Below are positions 1-9,424 of a stretch of 29,227 nt of DNA, in pieces. The notes beneath the pieces are model-generated. The model was not told where the DNA came from. It was given only the letters and a program-made list of their open reading frames with translations, and did not search any database. The first letter of the stretch is position 1. Every line of letters begins with the position of its first letter. The DNA comes from an uncultured Oligoflexia bacterium (GTDB lineage Bacteria; Bdellovibrionota; UBA1018; UBA6935), in NCBI GenBank assembly GCA_964013565.1, contig CAXGWU010000036.1:1-29227 (forward strand). The letters run 5' to 3'. The position numbers and the translations under genes were made by a program.

Positions 1-84
1 TCTATGGGATTTCTAGGAATTCCCTCATCTATGACGCGAATTATGCAACAACGCCCACTTTAGGATTTAACTATTTGAAATAAT
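1..84 (+). CDS. C-terminal end of a truncated protein (…SMGFLGIPSSMTRIMQQRPLLGFNYLK*), function unknown
   Basis: Open frame from base 1 to TAA at 82-84; too short to identify. Confidence 0.45.
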
Positions 85-147
85 AAAAGATTTTAAAGTT
101 GAGTCTTTTTGGTTGCCTCTTGCTTCGAGTATTCGTAAAAAAAGAAA

Positions 148-1977
148 ATGATTTTTACTCGTTTAAAGCAAATGATTGTGGGTAAACCGATGCCGAGTCA
201 TCGATTGTCCGAAGAGAAGATCTCAAAATGGAAGGCATTGGCTGTTTTGTCTTCAGATGCCCTTTCTTCTGTTGCCTACGCGACTGAAGAAATTCTGATC
301 CCGCTTGCAGCCGTTTCAGCTGCGGCTCTCGCATGGTCTGTGCCCGTGGCGATCGCGATTGGTATTCTTCTTATTATTGTTTCTGCATCTTATCGTCAAA
401 CGATCGAGGCTTATTCAAATGGAGGAGGAGCTTATGTCGTTGCCAAAGAGAATATTGGTGTTCTTTCTGGATTGGTTGCAGGAGCTGCTTTACTTATTGG
501 TTATGTGTTAACGGTTTCTGTTTCAGTTGCTGCTGGAGTTTCTGCAATTACATCTGCTTTTCCTGAAGTGTATGAGTTTAGGGTGATGATCGCAGTGATT
601 GTTATCGGACTCATTACGTGGATGAATCTAAGAGGAATTAGGGAGTCTGCAACCGTTTTTGCTTTTCCAACTTATATTTTTATTATTTCTTTCTTTGTCA
701 TGATGGGAGTAGGAGCTTGGAAAATCTGGACTGGACAAGCTGTTCAGGCTCACCCTATTCTTCATGACAGTTATCCTCCAATAGCTATGTTTTTAGTTTT
801 TAGGGCCTTTTCTTCAGGCTGTGCGGCCTTAACAGGAATTGAAGCGATTTCTAATGGAGTGCCTAGTTTTAAAGCTCCTGCTCATACCAATGCAAAAATT
901 ACATTGACTTGGATGGCAGCTCTTTTGGTGGTTTTGTTTTTTGGTATTACTGCACTTTCTCATGTTTATGGAATTGTTCCTCGAGGTGGAGAAATGGCAG
1001 TGTCTCAATTGGCGAGAGCCGTTTTTGGGACAAACTGGTTTTACTATGTCATTCAAGTTTCAACAGCTTTGATTTTGGTTTTAGCGGCTAATACCTCTTA
1101 CAATGGATTTCCTTGGTTGGCAGCAGTCCTGGCACATGATCGCTTTTTACCTAGACAAATGGCTATTCTCGGAGATCGACTGGTCTATTCGAATAGTATT
1201 ATCTGGCTCAGTATTGCGGCTGCGATTCTAGTTATTTTATTCCAAGGAGAAACACATTCGCTTATTCCTCTTTATGCGGTCGGTGTATTTTTGGGATTTA
1301 CTCTTTCACAAGCGGGAATGTTAAAACATCATCTTAAACATAAGAAGCCAGGGTGGATGAGAGCGTTTGCTATTAATGCCCTAGGTGCGGTGACTACATT
1401 CATTGTAATGCTTGTTGTTGGAGCAACTAAATTTTCTGAAGGGGCTTGGATTGTTGTCCTTTTAATTCCGTTTTGTGTTTTTATCTTTTATAAAATTAAT
1501 CGACATTATCTGTCGATTGGAGCAGAGCTGTCTCTGATGGAGGAGAGTGCTCCAAGTAAAATGAATCCTGTTAAGCATACAGTCGTGATTCCTATTTCAG
1601 GTGTTCATAGAGGAGTTGTTGAAGCACTCCGATATGGAATTTCTATATCAGATGATGTTCGGGCGGTTTATGTTGAAATAGACCCTCAAGCAACAGAGCG
1701 CGTGAAACAAGCTTGGGAAGAGTGGGCGCATGAAATTCCATTTGTGGTATTAAAATCTCCTTATCGATCGATCATAAAACCCCTATTGGAATATGTTGAT
1801 GATTTATCTAATACGGTACACAGTGAAATCATTACAGTGATTGTTCCTGAATTTGTGACAGCTCATTGGTGGCATCAAATTTTGCACAACCAAACTGCTT
1901 TTTTGATTCGAGCAGCTTTGTTGTTTAAGAAAGGAAAAGTAGTGACAAGTGTTCGCTACCATATTAAAGGAATTTAA
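148..1977 (+). CDS. APC superfamily amino-acid permease-like transporter
   Basis: 609 aa, many hydrophobic segments; N-terminus IVGKPMPSHRLSEEKISKWKALAVLSSDALSSVAYATEE is typical of APC/KUP-like permeases. Start may be the second Met (about 175). Confidence 0.85.
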   Translation: MIFTRLKQMIVGKPMPSHRLSEEKISKWKALAVLSSDALSSVAYATEEILIPLAAVSAAALAWSVPVAIAIGILLIIVSASYRQTIEAYSNGGGAYVVAKENIGVLSGLVAGAALLIGYVLTVSVSVAAGVSAITSAFPEVYEFRVMIAVIVIGLITWMNLRGIRESATVFAFPTYIFIISFFVMMGVGAWKIWTGQAVQAHPILHDSYPPIAMFLVFRAFSSGCAALTGIEAISNGVPSFKAPAHTNAKITLTWMAALLVVLFFGITALSHVYGIVPRGGEMAVSQLARAVFGTNWFYYVIQVSTALILVLAANTSYNGFPWLAAVLAHDRFLPRQMAILGDRLVYSNSIIWLSIAAAILVILFQGETHSLIPLYAVGVFLGFTLSQAGMLKHHLKHKKPGWMRAFAINALGAVTTFIVMLVVGATKFSEGAWIVVLLIPFCVFIFYKINRHYLSIGAELSLMEESAPSKMNPVKHTVVIPISGVHRGVVEALRYGISISDDVRAVYVEIDPQATERVKQAWEEWAHEIPFVVLKSPYRSIIKPLLEYVDDLSNTVHSEIITVIVPEFVTAHWWHQILHNQTAFLIRAALLFKKGKVVTSVRYHIKGI

Positions 1978-1980
1978 AGT

Positions 1981-3003
1981 CTAGCTTTCAGTTTGATCTT
2001 TTTCTTCAGAAGATTGGTTGGGTTGAAAGTCTTTTTCAACCGGGGGAAAATAATCTTCTGGATCCTCAGGAAGTGGGACTTCCTCTGTTGGTCGATCTCC
2101 TTTAGCGAAAATAAAGGCAATAGACAAAACAAGGGCTGCTCCAGCACCAAGTTGAACATAGTTAAGCTGGGCTTTTAGATAAACCCAGTTTAGAATGACG
2201 GCGGTTACTGGAAAAATCATTTCAGCAAAAGCAGTGATATTTGCTTGAGTGTATTTAACTCCGTAGTTGTAAAGTGTCATGGCAAGTAAGCCCGGAATGA
2301 TTGCAATAAAAAGGATGGCTTGGACTGTCGAGATTTCTGATAGAAGTTCTAAAGAATGATTTGTTGGGCTTAGAAAAACAAATGGGATCAAGGTAATTAA
2401 TCCAAACCAGTATCTCCAAAATGTAGTTACAATCGGACTCACTCTTTTAAGGACGCTCTTTCCAATGACAGTCGCAACTGCCCATAGGCAGGCAGCAGTA
2501 AGAGCAAAGAGTACTCCTTTTGAATTTGCATCTAATTCTTCAGAAAATGACGGGAAATTTAATTCTGGAAATGAAAGAACAGCTGCTGAAGCTATCGCAA
2601 TAGGAGCCGCTATTAAAAACACCCGGCTTGGTATTTCCTGAAGAAAAATGAGCGCAAGTAAAGTGGTTAAAATAGGTTGTATTTTTTGAATGAGAATAGT
2701 GACGCTCGGATTAATGAGTTGAAAACTTTTTGTAAAAAGAAGAAGAGCGATGGCAGAGGCACCACTTCCAATCACCATTAATCCAATCCAGTCATAAAAC
2801 TTCAATTTGAAAAATTCTTCTCGTTTAAACCAGACGTAAGGCAAAAAGAGAAGAAACACCACAAGGTGTTCTAAGGCAACAATGAGAGAAGCGTCTATTT
2901 TTTGTAATGTAGGGACTCGAAAGAGAGCATCCGTTGCCCAAAGGGCTGCCGCAAGAGCGACAAGAAGAGGACCTAGAAAATTTTTTTTATAGTGAAAGGG
3001 CAT
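1981..3003 (-). CDS. DMT-family (EamA-like) transporter
   Basis: 340 aa, about 10 hydrophobic segments with two EamA-like halves; acidic C-terminal tail. Overlaps the trmFO stop by 17 nt. Confidence 0.8.
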   Translation of the reverse strand: MPFHYKKNFLGPLLVALAAALWATDALFRVPTLQKIDASLIVALEHLVVFLLFLPYVWFKREEFFKLKFYDWIGLMVIGSGASAIALLLFTKSFQLINPSVTILIQKIQPILTTLLALIFLQEIPSRVFLIAAPIAIASAAVLSFPELNFPSFSEELDANSKGVLFALTAACLWAVATVIGKSVLKRVSPIVTTFWRYWFGLITLIPFVFLSPTNHSLELLSEISTVQAILFIAIIPGLLAMTLYNYGVKYTQANITAFAEMIFPVTAVILNWVYLKAQLNYVQLGAGAALVLSIAFIFAKGDRPTEEVPLPEDPEDYFPPVEKDFQPNQSSEEKDQTES

Positions 3004-4372
3004 GTTTTTTTAGTTCCTGAAGTTGTGAAGACGTTACCGGAATCTTAGTCGAAGACCACCATTTTTTAAAATTAATTAGCGACTGTTGAGCCATTTTTTC
3101 TCTTACGGCTTTACGTTTCTGACCTGAAAGTCCGTCAAAGTAAAGGGGATCGAAGAGGCCAAAGTGGACATTCGTAGGTTGATAATTTTTGGAGTCTGAA
3201 TGAATGAGGTAGTGAAGCATAGCGCCAAGAGCTGTATTTGGAGGAGGAGCGTCGTGTTCAATTCCTTTGATTCGTTGAAGAATAAACATGGCCACAAGCA
3301 TGCCACAGCCAGCAGATTCAAGGTATCCTTCGACGCCTGTAATCTGTCCGGCAAGATACACTGAAGGAGCCCCTTTTAGAGAGAGATCAGGCCGAAAAAC
3401 TTTTGGGCCGCACACGTAAGTGTTTCTGTGGATTGATCCCAGTCTTAAAAATTCTGCATTTCTGAGTGCTGGAATCATTTTGAAGATTCTTTTTTGTTCG
3501 CCGTACTTTAGTTTAGTTTGAAATCCCACCATATTATAAGCGGTTCTACTTTTGTTTTCTGGGCGAAGTTGAACCACCGCATAGGCTTTTTCTTCAGGAC
3601 GATTTGGATTTTCTAAGCCTACTGGTTTCATCGGACCGAAGCGAAGAGATTCTCTTCCTGATGCGGCAATTGCTTCAATGGGTTGGCATCCTTGAAAAAA
3701 TTTTTCTTTCTCAAATGTTTTTGGAGTCACTTTTTCTCCCATTAGAAGTTCATCAATAAATTTTTCATATTCTTCTTTGTTCATCGGGCAGTTGAGATAA
3801 GCAACTTCTTCGCCTTTTCCGTAGCGATTTGCGAGAAATGAATATTCTGGATCGATTGAATCACTTTCAATAATTGGGGCGATTGCATCGTAAAAGTAAA
3901 GATCGTCAGTATCTGTTTGTGAAGCAATCCACTGACTCAACCCTTCTGAAGTGAGAGGGCCTGTCGCAAATAGGGTCGGAGCATCTTCAAAAGGTTCTGT
4001 GATTTCTTCTCCAAGACGGCGTTCAATATTTGGGTGACTTTCTAATTTTTGGGTGACTTGTTGAGCAAAAATATCCCGATCTACAGTCAGTGCTTCTCCG
4101 CCAGGAACTTGACTGGCTTCTGCACACTGAAGAATGAGAGAGCCAACGTGATTCATCTCTGCTTTGAGCATTCCTGGTCCAGAAATAGGATTTTTGGATT
4201 TAAGAGAGTTGCTGCAGACTAATTCTGCACATTGATCACTTTGGTGAGCTTCTGTCATTTTTTTTGGACGCATTTCATGAATACAAACTTTAATTCCTCT
4301 TTCGGCTAAAAAATAAGCAGCCTCTGAACCTGCAAGTCCGCTTCCAACGATATGAATCTGTACTTTTGACAT
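2987..4372 (-). CDS. trmFO: Methylenetetrahydrofolate-tRNA-(uracil-5-)-methyltransferase TrmFO
   Basis: 461 aa; N-terminal HIVGSGLAGSEAAYFLAERGIKVCIHEMRP FAD-binding motif and C-terminal AGQITGVEGYLESAGCGM are characteristic. Confidence 0.95.
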   Translation of the reverse strand: MSKVQIHIVGSGLAGSEAAYFLAERGIKVCIHEMRPKKMTEAHQSDQCAELVCSNSLKSKNPISGPGMLKAEMNHVGSLILQCAEASQVPGGEALTVDRDIFAQQVTQKLESHPNIERRLGEEITEPFEDAPTLFATGPLTSEGLSQWIASQTDTDDLYFYDAIAPIIESDSIDPEYSFLANRYGKGEEVAYLNCPMNKEEYEKFIDELLMGEKVTPKTFEKEKFFQGCQPIEAIAASGRESLRFGPMKPVGLENPNRPEEKAYAVVQLRPENKSRTAYNMVGFQTKLKYGEQKRIFKMIPALRNAEFLRLGSIHRNTYVCGPKVFRPDLSLKGAPSVYLAGQITGVEGYLESAGCGMLVAMFILQRIKGIEHDAPPPNTALGAMLHYLIHSDSKNYQPTNVHFGLFDPLYFDGLSGQKRKAVREKMAQQSLINFKKWWSSTKIPVTSSQLQELKKHALSL

Positions 4373-4382
4373 AAAGCATTAT

Positions 4383-4496
4383 TTATCACAGATGTTGATA
4401 ATTGTGGATAAGTCTTTGATTTAGGAGTGAAAATCAATGGTTGCTCGTGGTTAACTTATTTAAAATGTGGATAAAGTGTGGATAAGTTGTGGATAA
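4383..4496. promoter_or_regulatory. Cluster of DnaA boxes (TGTGGATAA), possible oriC-like or DnaA-controlled regulatory region
   Basis: Perfect TGTGGATAA at 4403-4411, 4466-4474, 4477-4485 and 4488-4496; one-mismatch TGTTGATAA at 4393-4401; weaker CGTGGTTAA at 4446-4454; TTATCACA (box lacking one C) at 4383-4390 in the opposite orientation. Confidence 0.75.
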
Positions 4497-4531
4497 CTGG
4501 ATGATCTTTGTTTTTTTGAGAAAATAAATCC

Positions 4532-5458
4532 ATGAATCTCGCTCAATTTACAGAACGTTGGTTGTCTGAGCTCAGGCAAAAGGGGAGGAGCTCGCATTCA
4601 CTAAGAGCCTATGAGCATGATTTAAATTCTTGGGTTCTTTTTTTAGAATCCAAACAAATTCAAACAGTTAAAGATCTGAATCAAATTGATCGGAAATTAA
4701 TTCGAACTTTCCTTTCAAATGAATTGGGTCATTGTGCATCTTCAACGCTCGCTCGAAAGGTATCGACCTTAAGACAATTTAGTCGTTGGTTACGAAGAAA
4801 TACCGATTTTGAACGAGACTTAAGTTTATTGTGGGCCTCTCCCAGAGTACAAAAACCACTCCCTCGTTTTTTTGGAATTGAAGAAATGCTTAGTCTTCTT
4901 GATTTGATGGATGAGTCCACATTTTTAGGAGTCCGAGATCGAGCTCTTTTTGAAGTGATGTATGGTGCTGGTCTTCGAGTTGATGAAGTGACTGGTTTAT
5001 TTTGGGATTCTATAGATTTTAAAAAAGGGTGGGTAAGAGTAATCGGTAAAGGGACGAAAGAGAGAGAGGTTCCTATTGGTTCCTCCGCTTTAGAAGCACT
5101 TGGCTCCTATCTGAATTGGTTAAAAAAATTAGAACAAGTGAATTTAAAAGTTTTTTTAAATTATAGATATAGCCCTCTTTCAAATAGGAGTGTTGCTCGA
5201 ATTCTTTCTAAATACCTTTTAAAGTTATATTCTTTATCTGATGAAATAGGTCTATTACCTAAAAATTTGAGTCCTCATTCGATTCGGCATAGTTTTGCTA
5301 CACATTTACTTGCAGGAGGGGCAGATTTAAAAGTCATTCAACAAATGTTAGGGCATTCACAATTATCAACCACCCAGCGCTATACTCATGTAGATTTAGG
5401 AACATTGGTAGACGAGTATCATCAAGCCCATCCTTTAGAGGATCTTTTGAAGAAATAA
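4532..5458 (+). CDS. xerC: Tyrosine recombinase XerC-like
   Basis: 308 aa; catalytic-region signatures GAGLRVDEV, HSIRHSFATHLLAGGADLKVIQQMLGHSQLSTTQRYTHV. Confidence 0.9.
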   Translation: MNLAQFTERWLSELRQKGRSSHSLRAYEHDLNSWVLFLESKQIQTVKDLNQIDRKLIRTFLSNELGHCASSTLARKVSTLRQFSRWLRRNTDFERDLSLLWASPRVQKPLPRFFGIEEMLSLLDLMDESTFLGVRDRALFEVMYGAGLRVDEVTGLFWDSIDFKKGWVRVIGKGTKEREVPIGSSALEALGSYLNWLKKLEQVNLKVFLNYRYSPLSNRSVARILSKYLLKLYSLSDEIGLLPKNLSPHSIRHSFATHLLAGGADLKVIQQMLGHSQLSTTQRYTHVDLGTLVDEYHQAHPLEDLLKK

Positions 5459-5499
5459 CTTGGGTTGAGTTGTATGATTTGCTAATTCGAAAGGCTCAT

Positions 5500-6114
5500 A
5501 TGGAAAGTTTATTGAAGTTTCTTCTCGGTTTTAATGCTCCTATCCCTTATTTCTTCGTTTTTGGAATATTGCTTGCCTGTGGCTTGGGAATACCGATTCC
5601 TGAAGACATTACTTTATTTGCTGCAGGTGTGCTCTCCTATTATGGAAAGGCAAATGTATATGTCATGATTGCCATCGGCATGTTGGGGGTGATGCTGGGT
5701 GATTCAATGATTTTTTATCTTGGATCTAAGTATGGTGTTCGACTGACTGAAAACAAAAAGTTTCATAAAATCATTCCACCAGCTAAGTTTGAAAAAATGT
5801 CCGAAAGCCTTCGGGTGAGGGGAAACCGATTGATATTTTTTGCTCGATTTATGCCTGGATTTCGGGCCGCCGCTTTTTTCTCAGCAGGTACATTAGGTCT
5901 TCCTTATCGAGTGTTTTTTTTATTTGATGGAGTTGCGGCTTTGATTTCTGTTCCATCAATCATCTATAGCGTTTATTATTTTGGTGATCAGGTTGATCGT
6001 GTCATTCGTATTATCCAAGGGATTGAACATGGGATTGCAGGAGCAATCTTTTTGGGTATTTTATTTTTTGTAATGAAATGGATGATAAAGAAAAGGAAAC
6101 GACAGAGAGCTTAA
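5500..6114 (+). CDS. DedA family (SNARE-associated/VTT domain) membrane protein
   Basis: Track ORF starts at TTG 5470; ATG at 5500 (MESLLKFLLGFNAPIPYFF) is a better start. Motifs GIPIPEDITLFAAGVLSYYG and FFARFMPGFRAAAFFSAG fit DedA. Confidence 0.88.
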   Translation: MESLLKFLLGFNAPIPYFFVFGILLACGLGIPIPEDITLFAAGVLSYYGKANVYVMIAIGMLGVMLGDSMIFYLGSKYGVRLTENKKFHKIIPPAKFEKMSESLRVRGNRLIFFARFMPGFRAAAFFSAGTLGLPYRVFFLFDGVAALISVPSIIYSVYYFGDQVDRVIRIIQGIEHGIAGAIFLGILFFVMKWMIKKRKRQRA

Positions 6115-6116
6115 GG

Positions 6117-7082
6117 ATGAGATTAATTTTAGTGTGCTTTTTTTTTATTTGTTTTTTTAATATGGGGTTTTCTTCGGGGCCAGCAAAACTAAAAGAAAAA
6201 ATAAAGTCGCTCGTGACTCCTAAAATGAGCTCTAAAGAGAAAAAACAATGGTGCCACTCTTTAGAACATTCGATTCATTTTTATCAATGGAAATGGGATT
6301 CTTGCAAAAAATTAGACTGGAAAGTTTTAGGTAAATCGGTTCAAAACCGTCCTCTCACTTATTTAACTTATGGTCCAGAGAATGCAAAAAATACAACTCT
6401 TATTTTTACGATGGTTCATTCTGATGAAATTACCCCGCTCTATATTGGTTTACGCCTGACCGATTGGTTGGAAGAACATGCTTCTTCGTTTACTAATCAA
6501 AGAGTGATTTTAGCACCTCTTGTTAATCCGGATGGTTTTTTTAGAAAAAGAAAAACTCGAGTGAATGCCAATAAAGTAGATGTAAATAGAAACTTTCCAA
6601 CAGCGGATTGGAATGATGATGCAATTGAATTATGGAAAAAAAAATTTCGTTCAAATCCACGTCGTTACCCTGGAAAACAAGCAAATTCTGAACCAGAAAC
6701 TCGGTTTCAGATTGCTTTGATTAAAAAATTTAAACCTCAAAAAATTCTTTCAGTTCACGCACCTCTAAATTTTATGGATTACGATGGACCGAATATTCTT
6801 TCACTTGCTAAATTTCCAAAAGAATACGTAAAAAAATGCCTTCAGCTTCGATCAAAGGTGAATGCGCGATCGGGAGGATTTTATCCAGGATCTTTAGGAA
6901 ATTACGCAGGACAAGAGCGATCCATTCCTACATTGACTCTTGAGCTACCTTCTGCAGATTACTCTAAAGGGTTAAAGTATTGGAATCAGTTTAAAAACGG
7001 AATTAAAACGGTGATTGAGTTTGAGGTTCCACCCACTTTACAAGGACTTCCTTCTAAAGAAAGTAAAAAACAATTTTTTTAG
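6117..7082 (+). CDS. Secreted M14-family zinc carboxypeptidase/murein peptide amidase-like (MpaA-like)
   Basis: Internal ATG at 6117 directly after the DedA stop gives a signal peptide (MRLILVCFFFICFFNMGFSSG). Motifs HSDEITP, NPDGF, VDVNRNFPT, SEPETR, SVHAP fit M14 zinc peptidases. Confidence 0.8.
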   Translation: MRLILVCFFFICFFNMGFSSGPAKLKEKIKSLVTPKMSSKEKKQWCHSLEHSIHFYQWKWDSCKKLDWKVLGKSVQNRPLTYLTYGPENAKNTTLIFTMVHSDEITPLYIGLRLTDWLEEHASSFTNQRVILAPLVNPDGFFRKRKTRVNANKVDVNRNFPTADWNDDAIELWKKKFRSNPRRYPGKQANSEPETRFQIALIKKFKPQKILSVHAPLNFMDYDGPNILSLAKFPKEYVKKCLQLRSKVNARSGGFYPGSLGNYAGQERSIPTLTLELPSADYSKGLKYWNQFKNGIKTVIEFEVPPTLQGLPSKESKKQFF

Positions 7083-7090
7083 GTTAAAAA

Positions 7091-8557
7091 ATGAATAAAT
7101 CATTTATCTCTTTTTTATTTTTCTTTGGACTCGTTTTATTTGCCCACTCATTTTCATTAGGGCTTTCAGATGATGAAGCCTATTATTGGATTCTGTCACG
7201 ACAGTGGTCTTTAGGCAGTGAGTTTCACCCCCCCATGGTCGCCTGGTGGATTAAGATTGTGACTATGGTTTTTGGGGACCTTAGTGTGCGATTGCCGGCT
7301 ATTTTAACTTCTCTGTTTCTGGTCTGGGTTACTCGATTTTATGTACTCAATGAAGGGAAACCAGATCTTTTAAAGTTTTCTCATCAATGGATTTGGATAA
7401 GTTTACCTGGGCTTTTTGTGGGATCTTGGATGATGGTTCCTGATATTCCACTCTTTTTCTTTTGGGGAATTCTTCTTTTAGTTGGAAGAAAGTGGATCGA
7501 GCGTCGCTCTCTTTTACTTTTTTTTGTTATTCTTTTTTCATTTGCCGGGATGAATCTTTCCAAATTTTCTGGAGTTTTAATTCTACCTAGCCTTATTGCA
7601 TCATGGTTTTTTCTTTCTGACGAAACTCAGAGAGTTCGTACTACTTTTTATGGAGGGTTTGCCCTTTTCTTAGGCCTTATTTTTTCTTGGTCTATTATTA
7701 TTTATTGGAATTCAGCACATGAATGGATTGCTCTCAAATATCAGTTTATGGGGAGGCATGCGGGAGAGATCTCTTGGCTGAGGTATTTGAGGTTTTGGGG
7801 GATTCAGATCATTTTAGCTGGTCCTGTTCTTTTTCTTTTTAGCTTAAAGTTACCTGTATTTTTTTTAAAAAAGAAAAACAAAGGAGCTCTTTATTTATTG
7901 TTTTTAGCTCTCCCGCCTTTAATTGTTTATTTTCTACAGCCTCTTCGAGCAGAGTTTAAGCTTCATTGGACATTAGCTGCTTGGATTCCGTTATGGATTC
8001 TTTGGATTTTGGAAAATATCTCTAATCGGAGATGGTTTCGTATTCAAAATAGTTTTTCTGCTTTAGTAATTGTTTTTGTTTTTTTATCGGCTCATCTTCC
8101 GATTCTTCCGTTTTTTCATAAAGCTTTTTCAGATCGTCCTTGGAATCCTTTGTGGGACGTAACGGGTGATTTAGAAGGGTGGAGAGAGCTTCCTTCTCAT
8201 TTAAAGTCTTTAGGATATCAATTAGATGAGTGGGGCTTTGCAGGGAATCGTTATCAGACCGCATCACAAGCTGGATTTGCTTTGAGAGAGTATGGAGTTT
8301 CAGTTTGGGTGCCTCGGAAAGAAGGTGCACGATTTGATTGGTCAATTCCTCGTATTGTTAAAGATCCTGTATTTGATTTAACTCTTTTGAAAAAGACTCT
8401 CTTTTTTGGAGATCACCGATATAATGCTCCACCTTCTTTTTTGAAGGCCAGTTGTGAATCTATTCCATCTTTAGAGGTGAATCGGGGTTCCTATCGATCT
8501 AAAACGATTCTTATCTGGAAGTGTTTACCGAAGCTTTCTTTAGATGATCATTCCTAA
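7091..8557 (+). CDS. ArnT/PMT (GT39/GT83-like) integral-membrane glycosyltransferase
   Basis: 488 aa polytopic protein; SDDEAYYWILSRQWSLGSEFHPPMVAWWIKI near the N-terminus is the typical acidic motif-containing loop of the family. Confidence 0.85.
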   Translation: MNKSFISFLFFFGLVLFAHSFSLGLSDDEAYYWILSRQWSLGSEFHPPMVAWWIKIVTMVFGDLSVRLPAILTSLFLVWVTRFYVLNEGKPDLLKFSHQWIWISLPGLFVGSWMMVPDIPLFFFWGILLLVGRKWIERRSLLLFFVILFSFAGMNLSKFSGVLILPSLIASWFFLSDETQRVRTTFYGGFALFLGLIFSWSIIIYWNSAHEWIALKYQFMGRHAGEISWLRYLRFWGIQIILAGPVLFLFSLKLPVFFLKKKNKGALYLLFLALPPLIVYFLQPLRAEFKLHWTLAAWIPLWILWILENISNRRWFRIQNSFSALVIVFVFLSAHLPILPFFHKAFSDRPWNPLWDVTGDLEGWRELPSHLKSLGYQLDEWGFAGNRYQTASQAGFALREYGVSVWVPRKEGARFDWSIPRIVKDPVFDLTLLKKTLFFGDHRYNAPPSFLKASCESIPSLEVNRGSYRSKTILIWKCLPKLSLDDHS

Positions 8558-9350
8558 TCCAAGCGGTTTGATTTCGCCCAGAAAATGTGTTTTTAATTTG
8601 AAACCACCGATCTTTAAATGAAATCACTTCAAATGTAGTGCTGTCTTTGATTCGACTAATGACAGGATAGTGAAGTCCAGGTCCAGAACGCATTTTTACA
8701 TTTGGAACTGTTGTTTTTACAAAAAAACGGTTTTCAATTTTAGGGGATATCCTTTGTTTTTTTATTTTATTTTCAGTGTTTCTTTTAGAGCTTGCTTGTG
8801 TAGATTGAATTGTTTGAATGGGAGTATTTTTTTTGACTTCAGGAGTGAGTTCTACTCGACTCATTGAAATTTGTGGTTTTTCTGATTCAACTCTAAAAAT
8901 AAGATAAGCTCCGCTGATGATGGTCAAAGCAGCAGAAATACTGAGTGATACAGTGATGATATTTTTTTGGACCCAAGTTTGAATTTGATCTGTTTTTGAT
9001 GATTGCATGATATTAATTTCTGGTAATGGTTCAGGAAAAGAAGATTCTTTAGAAACAGACTTTACTTCTTTTTGGATTTTGGGTTTATTCATCCTTTCTC
9101 TAAAAGGAGGAGGGGTAGCTTTTGAAATTGTCCTTTTAGGTTGAGCAGGCTTTATTGTCGGTTGTGTACGAATTTCATGAAATTCCATGGGTTGTTTTAA
9201 ATTTGAATTTACTTTAATTGCCGTATGATTGGATTGTTTTATACATGAAAATCCGCCACATTGAATACAGCGTGTGAAAGTCCACCCATTAGGACTTTGT
9301 TTTTTTTCTACATGCATTTCACTTGAACAGTGAGGACAAGTCACTTTCAT
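8511..9350 (-). CDS. Zinc-ribbon / single-TM / bacterial SH3 domain protein
   Basis: N-terminal CPHCSSEMHV…CIQCGG ribbon, TM IITVSLSISAALTIISGAYLIF, C-terminal VPNVKMRSGPGLHYPVISRIKDSTTFEVISFKDRWFQI…AWIRNDHL SH3-like repeat. RBS AAGGAGT before ATG. Confidence 0.75.
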   Translation of the reverse strand: MKVTCPHCSSEMHVEKKQSPNGWTFTRCIQCGGFSCIKQSNHTAIKVNSNLKQPMEFHEIRTQPTIKPAQPKRTISKATPPPFRERMNKPKIQKEVKSVSKESSFPEPLPEINIMQSSKTDQIQTWVQKNIITVSLSISAALTIISGAYLIFRVESEKPQISMSRVELTPEVKKNTPIQTIQSTQASSKRNTENKIKKQRISPKIENRFFVKTTVPNVKMRSGPGLHYPVISRIKDSTTFEVISFKDRWFQIKNTFSGRNQTAWIRNDHLKKASVNTSR

Positions 9351-9424
9351 TTTTTACTCCTTGCCAAAGATAGAAATATTCCTATAAATAGGATCTCTTA
9401 TTGTAAAAAGATCAACAATGGGCA

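Noticed and set aside
4532-5458. Tyrosine recombinase as part of a mobile element or integron
   Set aside because: Sequence looks like housekeeping XerC, with no attI/attC-like sites, direct repeats, tRNA target or cargo genes seen nearby.
8022-8345. 107-aa ORF listed on the + strand
   Set aside because: The listed protein reads from the minus strand (TTG ACC AAT CAA ATC… starting at 8345, stop TAG at 8024-8022), so the strand label looks wrong. It is antisense to the ArnT/PMT-like gene with no RBS-backed start, so probably spurious.
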